From the NCBI GenBank assembly GCA_951406725.2, contig OX597818.1, forward strand, positions 115,506,001 to 115,570,000: a stretch of 64,000 bases of DNA, in the 5' to 3' direction. Below are positions 53,427 through 64,000 of this stretch, one piece after another. How positions within the stretch are numbered: the stretch's first letter is position 1; each line of letters opens with the position of its first letter. The position numbers were made by a program, and so were the translations under genes. The notes beneath the pieces are model-generated. The model saw only the letters and a program-made list of their open reading frames with translations, did no database searches and was not told the DNA's origin. Origin of the DNA: Octopus vulgaris (taxonomy: Eukaryota).

Positions 53427-54032
53427 AAAAATATTGTGTACATTAAAACACATCTGGTTGTTTGTTCCTAGACAACCATGGTCTAGGAACTAAATTGGTA
53501 AACGTTTTTAATTTTCATTCCTTTCGAGAATTTATCCCTAATTAGTGGTTTAAGTTTTCTATTGCTCTTTCTAGCACAAGGCTTTCCTATTTAGAAGCCT
53601 CTTAATGTGTTATATATATATATATATGGGTACAGGATGTCACCAAGTGTGCAAACAGCATGAAGTACACAAACAAACAAGTCAAATATGTAAACAACGA
53701 GAAAAAAATGGAAAACAGGACAAGTAAACACAAAAAAGGACCCTTCAACAGTTGTCGGCTGTCTATCTACTCCTCATTTTGAGCATTCAATGACAATATG
53801 AGTCTTCAAAGACAGTTGCTCCCAGAAATTCTAAAATAAAAATATAGGACTTATGGAGGCTCAAAGTTGGGAACAAAAACAGGATTGTGGAGACATGCAA
53901 GGAACCTGAACTAAAACAAAACATGGAGGGTCGTTGCACCAGAACAAAGAGGAAAATAGTGAATGCTGGGAGAAATATTTTCTTTGAAAATAGAAAAGAT
54001 AGGAGAGAAAGAAAAAAAGGCCAGTTGTTTTA

Positions 54033-54063
<31 letters not shown>

Positions 54064-55284
54064 TATACGACAGGCTTCTTTCAGTTTCTGTTTACCAAAT
54101 TCACTCACAAGGCTTATAGTAGAAGACACTTGCCCAAGATGCCATGCAGTGAGACTGAACCCAGCACCATGTGGTTGGTAAGCAAACTACTTAACACACA
54201 GCCACTCCTGCTCATTAACTACACAACCATATCTGTGCCTACACACACATACTTGTGTGTGTATGTGTGTGTGTGCGTGTGTGTGTCTGAGGTTGGATAA
54301 GAGTGACAAAGAGAAAGACATGGAGTGTGAATGGTCCCTGATCAAATAAAAATGTGCCAGTAAGATTGTTACCATAACAACCACAAGAGCATCATATTGT
54401 AACTGTGTTACTGAAACAATTTGTGAAGAAAGAAGGCACAAGTCTTGGATACAAAGGTATGTCGATAAAATAAGCAGACAAACAAAAATGCAGGTCTTGA
54501 AAATATTGATAATAAAAGTAGTTTGTGTTCACAATATGACACAATGATGTTTCCGTTGGTTAACCTTTACCCTTTTGTTACCGGATTTCTGTTGAGATAT
54601 TCTGTGTGTCTTTCAATTAATTTTAAATATAACAAAGTATTTAGTAAAATAACTTAGTTATCATCAGGCTAGTATTAGGAAGATAAATTGTGACTAAGGT
54701 TTGGTGGAAGATTTTAATTCAAAACTTATGAAAACAAGACATCTGTACTACAGAGCCAGAGGCTGTTTCAGCCACGTTGGTATTGAAAGGCTAGAGTAGA
54801 AGGAACTTGCCCAAGGTACCATGCTGTGGGAGTGAACCCGAAACCATGTGGTTGGGAAGCAAAGTTACACACCTTATCCATAAAACTGATAAATGTCATG
54901 TTTATGCTGTGTTTGGTTCTAAAAGTTAATTCTTTCAAAACATAATAAACACACTTTCTTCACCCAAATAATCTTTGAACAATTCTGTTTAACAGCCAAC
55001 AGATTTAAAAAAAAAAAATGATGAGGAGGAGGATGATGATGGTGATGTTGTTGTTGTTGCTTTTGATGATGATCCAGCTACAAGAGAGCAACAGATTGTT
55101 TCAGATATTATATAAGATCTGTTACACTGCCAGGTCACTGAAGCACAGATTTTAACCCATTTAATACCAGCCCATCTGAGACCACTCCTAGTTCTATGCA
55201 ACAATTTCACTGTGTTGAAGTGATCTAAAAAAACCCTCCTGCAAAATTTCGTTTCAATTTATTTTTCAAAAACCAGCTTTAAAC

Positions 55285-55760
55285 TATCAAGCTTATTTTA
55301 GGAGCATGTAGGACCACACAATTGAATGTGACTTTCCAATATTTGATACTGAAAGGGGCAATCTAAGTGAGATTTTTGAAATCAATGAATGTATTTCACT
55401 AGAATTATTAGATGTTTACAAGGGCTAAATAGGCATCTCCAACTAGCAGGCCATGCTACTTCAGACTGAAGACGAGCAATAACTCAGAAACTAGTCTCTG
55501 GCTGCTGGCTTAGCTGGGTGGAGGTGCTTATCTCCCCCTTGTAAACATAAATACACAGAAAATGTGTCAAGGCCAACAGGAAGTGGTGCAGCTAAATAGG
55601 GCTAAATAGCAGTAGTATTATTCCCTTCATGGGACTGTCACATTAAGTAGACAGCATACAACTACTTTATTGTATCACTACTGTATAAATCTCTCTGAGA
55701 GAGTTAGAAATGTATTATTTCTGAAACCTTTGAACTTTTTGAACTTTACGTAAAACTATT
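55285..55760 (+). mobile_element. Penelope-like element 3' relic (possible degenerate GIY-YIG C-terminus plus hammerhead-bearing pLTR)
   Basis: EHV.../DHTIECDFPIFDTE...E...NECISLELLDVYKG* loosely resembles the end of the PLE endonuclease domain; a hammerhead motif follows about 30 nt later. Confidence 0.45.
55461..55501 (+). ncRNA. Minimal type I hammerhead ribozyme (PLE-type)
   Basis: TCAGA-CTGAAGA-c-GAG-caataa-CTC-a-GAAA-CTAG-TC^TCTGG: stem I TCAGA/TCTGG, intact core, palindromic stem III ACTAGT, GUC cleavage after 55496. Confidence 0.8.
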
Positions 55761-55806
55761 GTTATTATTACACACATTTTTTCTCTCCTTGTTTCTTTCT
55801 GTGTTC

Positions 55807-55842
55807 CTTTCTGAGGAAGAGCGTAGGCTCGAAACGTTAAAG
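55807..55842 (+). ncRNA. Minimal type I hammerhead ribozyme (PLE-type, second family)
   Basis: CTTT-CTGAGGA-a-GAGC-gtag-GCTC-GAAA-CG-TT^AAAG: stem I CTTT/AAAG, perfect stem II, palindromic ACGT stem III. Confidence 0.78.
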
Positions 55843-56466
55843 ACTTTTTCAATTCCCGAGCATTATACTAATACATCTATGTTTTCTACACCACCTGTTT
55901 TCGTCTTTTGTTTTTTTCGTGAATTCTCCCTAAATATATACAATGGGCATCTTTCATTTTTTGCTAACCAAATCCACTCACAAGGCTTTGGTCGGCCCAA
56001 GGCTAAAGCAGAAGACACTTGCCCAAGGTGCCACGCAGTGGGACTGAACCCAGAACCATGTAGTTGGTAAGCAAGCTTCTTACCTCACAGCCACGCCTGC
56101 ACCTACATGCAAAGTTTTATATTCTTTTCTACTCTGGGTACAAGGCTCAAAATTTTTCAGAGGGAGCTAGTCGATTAGATCGACCCCAGTACAAAACTGG
56201 TACTTAATTTATCTACCCCTGAAAGGATGAAAGGCAACGTTGACCTCGACGGAATTTGAACTCAGAACATAAAGACAGACGAAATACCACTACACAAAGT
56301 TTTATATTAAAGGTTTATTTCACTATAAAAATATGTTAATGGAATATAATGGAATGTGCACAAAAGTTGTTGGCCTGTTTCCTTAGTAGGAAGCAAAAAC
56401 TAGATGTTTCTAAGAAAAATGAAATAAATAACAATTAAAAGAATTAATTATCTACAACACACGCCA

Positions 56467-56524
<58 letters not shown>

Positions 56525-56647
56525 CCATGCCAACACATGAATGTCATGAAAACTACAAGTTGCAGAATTCCAGATTAAACTTTAAACGAAGAAATAAACA
56601 GTGAAAACGGCATTAACTGACTGAGATACAAACAAAAGAGCTGAGCT

Positions 56648-56839
56648 AGTGTGTGTGTGTGTGTGAGTGAGAGAGTGGGTGTGTGCGAGTGTGTGTGTCG
56701 GTGTGAGTGTGTTTGTGTGTGAGTGAGTGTGTGTGTGAGTGTGTGTGTATATGAGAGAGAGTGTGAGTGTGTGTGTGTGCACATGTGTGTGTGAGAGTGT
56801 GTGTGTGTGTGTGTGTGAGTGTGTGTGTATGAGAGTGTA

Positions 56840-56873
<34 letters not shown>

Positions 56874-56928
56874 TGCGTGCGTGTATGTGTGAGAGAGAGT
56901 GTGCATGAGTGAGTGAGTGAGTGAGTGA

Positions 56929-56971
<43 letters not shown>

Positions 56972-56990
56972 TGAGAGAGAGAGAGAGAGA
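56648..56990. repeat. (GT/GA)n compound microsatellite
   Basis: Seen directly. Confidence 0.95.
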
Positions 56991-59900
56991 TTGACTATAT
57001 ACACATGTAGGTGGGTGTATGTCATTTTATACATGAATGTAAGAGGATGTGTGTGAGAGTAAATATTCATATGTGTCTACATGTATGCGAGTGTATCTCT
57101 GGATCTGTGTGTGTGTATCTACATTTCTGTCACCTTTTACTTGTCTCAGTCATTAGATTGTGGCCATGCTGGGGCACTGCCTTGAGTAGGTTTAGTCAAA
57201 TGAATCAACCCCAGTGCCCTTCGTTTTTTTCTTTAAGCCTGGTGTCTATTCTATCAGTCTCTTTTGCTGAACCACTAATTAACAGGGATGTAAACACACC
57301 AACACTGGTCATCAAGTGGTGGCAAGGAACAAACACAGACACAAAGACATACATACTTTATATATATGTGTGTGTGTGTGTATATATATGTGTCTGTGTG
57401 TGTGTGTGTATACTTCATCATCATCATTGTCATTTAACGTCCACTTTCCATGCTAGCATGGGTTGGATGGTTTGACTGAGGACTGCACCAGGCTCAATCT
57501 GATCTGGTAAAGTTTCTATAGCTGGATGCCCTTCCTAATGCCAACTACTCTGAGAGTGTAGTGGGCGCTTTTACGTGACACCGGCATGAGAGCCAGTCAG
57601 GTAGTTCCAGCATGGCCATAGAAACAAGTAAGACAATAAAAAGACTAAGCCAAGTATCTCTGCTAGTATATATATATATATATATATGCTAGCATGGAGA
57701 ACGGACGTTAAACGATGATGATGATGATGATGATGATATATATGTATACATACACACATACATATTTACAAACAAATGCACATTCATACACACACGTGTT
57801 TGTGTACATACGTAAGTCTATACAAGTTGTGTGTGTGTGTGCGTGCAAGTGTGTGTGTGTGTGCATGCATGTGTGTGTATGTCAGTGTCATGTATGAAAT
57901 GCATACTGTATTCTCCGTCCCCATCAAAGTCGAAATTATAAATAATTGAAGAAAACAATGAAATCTCAAATTCTTTTGGGGAAAGGGGTTCTGTGTAATT
58001 TCACAATGTTTTTCATGTCTTGTATCTAAAATAAACTATCCCCTTCTTCTGTTCTATAATTTTTTCCCCTCTGAGACTATCAGCTGTTTCTGATTAAGCT
58101 AAAGAAAAAACTCCTGTCGCAGTGCCACTTCCTGCCCATCATTCTTATTCCCATATTCAGTGATAAACATTTTTTTAGATATGTTAACCTCAATCTGAAA
58201 ATAACCATTTTATAAATGGGCTGTTGTAGTTGTCTTTTGGTCTCCTGTCACCTCTGATCAAGCAGGCTCTAAGATCAATCCCACTGTTATCTCATTGCTT
58301 TATATTCTTTTACTGCTTTCAGGTAGTATACAATAACCATGTCTTGTTTGATTTAATCAATAAAATCAACCTAGAGAATATTTTTAATCCAGGTACTTAT
58401 TTTATTAGATTCCGTTTATTAAACAATAAAGTTTGTCAAAAAGAGTTAACATACACTTCGAGCATTGGGCCTCTTGGAGGCAAAGTGGCTGAGTTCCTTT
58501 CAAGAATTGGGCCTCGTGGAGACAAAGTGGCTGAGTTCTTTTCAAGAATTGGGCCTCGTAGAGACAAAGTGGCTGAGTTCTTTTCAAGAATTGGGCCTCG
58601 TGGAGGCAAAGTGACAGAGTTCTTTTCAAGTGTTGGGCCTCATGGAGGCAATGACCAAGAACTTTGGCATTATGTCATGCTTGAGAAGAAGACCCACCAA
58701 GCCAAGCAAAATCACAGTTGTGGCAGATACCAGTCACGCAAATGGCACCCATGCCAGTAGCAGATAAAAACACCCATTACACTCTTGGAGTGGTTGGCAT
58801 CTGGCTGTAGAAAATCATGCCAAATCAGACTGGAGTTTGGTGCAGCCTTGCAGTTTACCAGCCCTGGTCAAACCATCCAACCCATGCTAGCATGGACAAC
58901 AGACATTAAATGATGATGATAATGATGATGATATGTATATATATATATATATATATATGGGAAAAAAGTCAAGGTAGAAAATGCTAAAATAATTTTATAA
59001 AAAACATTTCAGTACCTGTTTCGGTCATTGAGACTTTTTCAATTGTAAGTATGGAAAACAAATTTTGGAAAAATTAAATGAAAAGTTTTTTAAAAGAATA
59101 TTTGCATAGTATCCAAATAGAAGGGGCATTTTCCTTGTTTCTACCTATATATATATATAACGTTTTGGGTTTTGTATTGTATCAAGCCACCTTTATCATT
59201 TTATAAGTTTCACATTAAAATTTTGCAGAATCTGCCATCGATTCTAATGGTAAAATCTATATGCCGACAGTTTGGATTTGACTTAACTATAAGCAATGGG
59301 ATAGTAAAATTGATGAGTCTTAATTTCAAGCAAAATTGGTTTGCCAATTTAGTGTCCTCACTTGCTATTGGGTGGTTAACTCCCCTGTCAGTAGATGGAC
59401 TTGTGCTACGTTTGTGTCTATAAGGGTCTTTGACTCTTATTTCTAGCAATGTAGATGCTACAATGCACCCTCAGTCACTATTAGTAATAACTGAATTCTT
59501 CCTTTTTGATTTTATATAGTGTCTAGCTACCTTCGTTACTTCATATATCATTTCATATATACTGGCTTCAGTACATTTTATATCTACAAAGTTTTACTCA
59601 GAAAACATTGGTTGACTTGAGACTAATGCGGAAGAGACTTGCCCAAGGTGGCATACAATGCAACTAAACCTGAAACCAAAAGCATATGAAGCAAGCTTTT
59701 TAACTGCACGGCCAAGCCTGTCCTTGAGCACATGGCCACACCTGCACCTCCACCACACAGCTAAGTCTACATTATCTATGAATGAGATTATTTTTAAAAC
59801 CAGTAAATATAAAACAGTCACAGCTATAGACCCACTCAACTGATGCTGTATACATGACTACACTTGTTAGACTGTTGTATCTATCAGATCCTACTGTTGA

Positions 59901-60822
59901 CAATGCAAGGCTGAAGTCAAAATGAAGCCAAGATTTAATTTTACTGCCTTTTGTAATAATTCGTTTAAACAGAAACATAATAACACCGACTTACTGCTAC
60001 TTGTAAACTTTGAGCAATTTCAAGCAAGCTGTTATTGGTTGGCTTTGTTCATTATACAGCAATATTTATAGTTGAAGGGGGAGAAAAATAAAGAGGTAAA
60101 AAAGCAGAAAAAGAAACAAACTCTTTTAAGTTTCCAATCAAATGAACACGGCCAATAAATGTTAAGGTATTGCTCAAATAATTATTGGCTTGTTTGTTTT
60201 TGTTTTTGGCGGTGGGATTACATATTTTTTTTCCTTCCCATCTGCTGCCAGAGATAATAATTTTAGTCTCATTTAACCATTTTTATGAAGCATTTGTAAA
60301 GCTTCTTTGAAATTTTCAAATACAGCAACAGCAGAATGATCTGAGTTCAAAAATCTAGTTACAAGTCCTCTTGAGTAGAGCGTATTTTATTTTATATTAT
60401 AAAATATATATTTTTTTCATTCTTTTACTTGTTTCAGTCATTTGATTGTGGCCATGCTGAAGCACCACCTTTCGTCGAACAAATTGACCACCCAGGACTT
60501 AGTCTCTGAAAGCCTAGTACTTATTCTTTCAATCTCTTTTGCTGAACTGCTACGTTACGGGGATGTAAACACACCAGCATCGGTTGTCAAGCGATGATTG
60601 GGGGACAAACACAGACACACAAATACAAACACACACACACACATATATATATATATACGACGGGCTTCTTTCAGTTTCCGTCTACCAAATCCACTCACAA
60701 GGCTTTGGTCAGCCCTAGGCTATAGTAGAAGACACTTGCCTAAGATTCTCGTTTCTGAGAGCAGTTGAGTTTATTCCAGGTATTCTCATTAGTGTTGCCT
60801 TGGTGGAGGTTTGCACTCTCTG

Positions 60823-60854
<32 letters not shown>

Positions 60855-61168
60855 CATCATTCATTTTATTATTATTTATTACTAATTATTTTTTAGTCCT
60901 TCTTGATTGGCCACAAGACTAACATATAATACAAACCCTTTCATTCAGAACAGTTACAAAATATGAGAGAGCAAGTAAACTCGTGTGTGTGTGTGCATGC
61001 ATGTGTGTGTGTGTGAAGGCATACTCACACACAATAAGCAAGGAGGAGGAGAGAGACAAAAACATATTGCAGCATGGAAACAGGTTAATAATTTCAGAAA
61101 CAATAAAAAGATACATTATTTACATTATTTACATTCGACGGATATTTGTCCTCATCTTGTTTGTAGTT

Positions 61169-61214
61169 AACACAACGTTTCGGCTGATATACCCTCCAGC
61201 CTTCATCCGGTGTC
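61169..61214 (-). ncRNA. Hammerhead motif, left arm (U4->G core mutation)
   Basis: GACAC-CGGATGA-a-GGCTG-gagggtatat-CAGCC-GAAA-CG-TT^GTGTT. Confidence 0.7.
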
Positions 61215-61410
61215 TTGGGGAAATTTCGAACCTGGGTTCTCATTCCTAAGGTATTTTTCAATGTTATTATTTTTATTATTATCATTATTATTATTATTTC
61301 TATTCAGGTTACTGCCTAGTGACTTGAATAATAATAATAATAATAATAATAAAAATAATAACATCAAAAAATACCTTAGGAATGAGAACCCAAGTTAAAA
61401 ATTTCCCCAA

Positions 61411-61456
61411 GACAGCTGATGAAGGATGGAGGGTATATCAGCCTAAACGTTGTGTT
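61411..61456 (+). ncRNA. Hammerhead motif, right arm (G12->U and stem mutations)
   Basis: GACAG-CTGATGA-a-GGATG-gagggtatat-CAGCC-TAAA-CG-TT^GTGTT. Confidence 0.65.
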
Positions 61457-63223
61457 AACAACAAACAAGATGAGGGCAAATATCTGTCAAATGTAAATAA
61501 TGTAAATAATGCACATAATTCCTCATCTCGTAAATATAAAACTGAATAAAAAGATACACAAACAAAGACACCCATCCAGAAAGGAATGAAAAGCCAGCAC
61601 CTAAGAAACGAGAAGAGAGCACAGAAATCCGATCACCTCTGCACCAGGCACTCCTTGCTTTCTGCTAACTTCAAGCTACAAGTAGAATTTGTGTATTGAC
61701 CCTCAATATGAAGAAAGGAAAGGAAAGAATAAAAGAAATATAAAAGAAAAAATAAATGAATAAAATAATAAGCAACAGATGCGAATACGGCTCTGTGGTT
61801 AAGGAGATCAGGATTTCAGGTTCAGTCCCTCTGCAAAGCACCTTTGGATAGCCCTGGGTCAACAAATGTCTTCTGAGTGAATTTGTTAGACAGAAACTGT
61901 GTGGAAGACCATCGTGTGTGTGTGTGTGTGCCACCACTTGACAACTAGCGTTGATTTGTTTACATGGATGTAAACAAACCATCATTGTCAAAAGCAAACA
62001 ACAGAACAAGTATCGAACTTCAAGATAAATACAAAGGGTTGATTCGTTCGACTCAAATCTTCAAGGCAGTGCCCCAGCATGGCCACAGTCCAATGACTGA
62101 AACGACCATAGGAAGTTGAAAAGAAAAGGAAAATAAAACAGCAAAATAGAAGTATAAGATGAAAGAGAAGAAAGTAGAGATAGAAGAGAAACGAAAATAG
62201 AAAATAGAATAAAAAACAAAGGAGAGAAGATCCATCTTAATCGAGAAGAACTGTATACAGCCTATGATACCAGCCCAATAAATTACCTGCAATCAATCTA
62301 TAGATTCTCCATAAAAACTCCCTAAGGATTGAATGGTAAAGCCAGCCTAGTTGTATTTGAACCTAGAAATGGGAAACAAATTGAATTAGATAGCATAAAG
62401 AACATTTAGTGTTACTCTCCACGGCCCCCACAAACCAAGCTGGAGTCAATAACAACAACAACAACAATAATAGCTGTTGTTCTTGTCACTGCGTCATGGT
62501 AGAAAGGAATGGGGTTGGGTGGTCTATTTTAGATTCATTCTTATGCTATAATCATTTGGTTTTCCTTAAGCCTCTAAGAGAACCTTAGAACCTTGTTCAA
62601 CAATTTTTTAAAGTACTTGGAGCAAATTCCAAGTGCATAGGAATTGTTTAGGGTGCATCTGTGCTTAATCTTTTTTTTTCTTTCAGCATACCAAGTGCAG
62701 GCATGGTTGTGTAGTTAAGTTAAGAAGTTTGCTTCCAAAACCACATGGCTTCAGGTTCAATCCTACTGAACAGTACCCTGGGCAAGTATCGGTTCCGAGA
62801 TGACCAAAGTCTTGAAAGTGGATTTGGTAGGCAGAAACTGAAAAAAATTCCATAGAGTATGTCTCAGCCATAGAGTATGTCTCAGCACAAAGAGACAGAA
62901 AGACACATACACACAACCACAAAATGGGTTTCTTCCATTTTCTGTCTACAAAAATTCACTCATACAGCTTTGGTCGACTCAAGGCCACAGTAGAAGGCAC
63001 TTGCCTAAAGTGTCAAGCAATGGGATTGAACCCAAAACTACATGATTGAGAAGTAAACTACTCAAACACACAGCCTAATTAACTAGCAGCTATCATAGAA
63101 GCATCTCACTATTATCTCTTTACCATCTCTGCTAGAACTTTAAGAGTAAGGAGGTTAAGTACCAAAGTTTCATTTCCCACCAGGAATGCATTTTGCCTTT
63201 TACAAACGTGATAGCCTCTACAC

Positions 63224-63411
63224 CAGAGGCTCTCAGCTGCAGTTCCCAGGGCCACATGTGGCCCGCGAGCATAAATCTGTGACCTCCAATCATTTTCCCT
63301 TTATAAATATATATATTTTTTAACTGGCTTTTTTTACTTTTTTGATGTGGCCCCTTAAAAAAAATCCAGCTTTAGATCTGGTTCAGATATTAAGGAGTTT
63401 GGGAACCACAG
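63224..63411. mobile_element. hAT MITE
   Basis: CAGAGGCTCTCAGCT...GGGCCACATGTGGCCC...GTTTGGGAACCACAG, with imperfect 8-bp TSD CTCTACAC/CTTTATAC. Confidence 0.55.
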
Positions 63412-63519
63412 CTTTATACAGTCATTTAACCTACTAGAAATAGCAGGTCAATCTCCTCCAAATCCTACCCTACTTTTAAAAAACGGGAGGACATATTAGA
63501 TAATGGGATACACCTAGTG

Positions 63520-63838
63520 AAGGCACACAGCTCAGTGGCTAGAGCATCAGGGTTACAATCCTGGGGTTGCAAGTTCAATTCCTGGACTGGATTGTGTATT
63601 GTTTTTTTGAGCAAGACACTTTATTTCATGTTGCTCCAGTTCACTCATCTGTAGAAATGAGCTGTGATGTCACTGATGCCAAGCTGTATCGGCCTTTGCC
63701 TTTCCCTTGGATAACATCAGTGGCATGGAGAATGGAGGTTGGTATGCAAGGGCGACTGCTGGTCTTCCATAAACAACCTTGCCCAGACTTGTGCCTCGGA
63801 GGTAACTTTCTAGGTGCAAACCCATGGTCATTCATGAT
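63520..63838 (+). mobile_element. tRNA-derived SINE (family 4)
   Basis: Homologous to 9060-9380; GCTCAGTGGCTAGAGCA...AGTTCAATTCC head, followed by an A-run. Confidence 0.75.
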
Positions 63839-64000
63839 CAAAAAAAAAAAAAAAGATGAGATGATCACAGTTAAGAATGCTTCTGATCAAGGCTGACCTG
63901 GGAGCTGACCAACAGCAACATGAACAGCAATAACAACCTGTAGCCATTGCAATTAGATTAGCAGTAAATTACTCTCCAAGCATCGCAGTTTACCTCCATC

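Larger units (their letters stand above)
61116..61544 (+). mobile_element. Non-autonomous fold-back Penelope-like element: ~190-bp inverted arms, 33-nt one-sided tail, 14-bp TSD, one hammerhead per arm
   Basis: Arms about 61114-61305 and 61326-61511; tail 61512-61544; TSD AATAAAAAGATACA at 61102-61115 and 61545-61558. Confidence 0.85.
4314..64000 (-). other. WDFY3: Probable very large WDFY3 intron (upstream start-codon exon not found in the window)
   Basis: Exon A starts at about residue 61 of the orthologue behind a splice acceptor. I could not find the expected MN..KR...LGLMHLR.LF...KLYMMLP exon by eye, and the region is almost all repeats. Confidence 0.6.

Noticed and set aside
53628-54032. 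(TA)n-flanked pLTR-like block with CTGTTGAAGGG on the minus strand
   Set aside because: No GAAA/UH in a compatible position; cannot be folded as a hammerhead.
58230-58760. 176-aa ORF with 14-aa repeats
   Set aside because: Reads through the 42-bp VNTR of the family-3 retroelement.

Overview
AT-rich, microsatellite- and SINE-dense animal genomic DNA, most likely octopus/coleoid cephalopod (inferred from the tRNA-derived SINE repertoire). The only host coding sequence I can support is three minus-strand exons (4313-4190, 3382-3108, 1643-1451) encoding the N-terminal region of WDFY3/Alfy (blue cheese), with canonical, phase-compatible GT-AG junctions. The preceding start-codon exon was not found, so 4314-64000 is probably one intron of more than 59 kb. 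That region holds at least five SINE-like families, RTE-LINE 3' ends, mariner/hAT/piggyBac-like relics, two non-autonomous Helitrons and large simple-repeat tracts. The most notable signal is a set of minimal type I hammerhead ribozyme motifs (CUGANGA...GAAA-palindrome-UH) in several unrelated non-coding Penelope-like elements. One is a 429-bp fold-back element with a 14-bp TSD, a 33-nt one-sided tail and a hammerhead in each arm. Other findings: a twin-priming 5'-inverted retroelement, self-targeting SINE dimers and arrays, and a VNTR-bearing retroelement. Almost all ORFs in the supplied track are repeat artefacts. Repeat boundaries were read by eye and are approximate unless a TSD is given.
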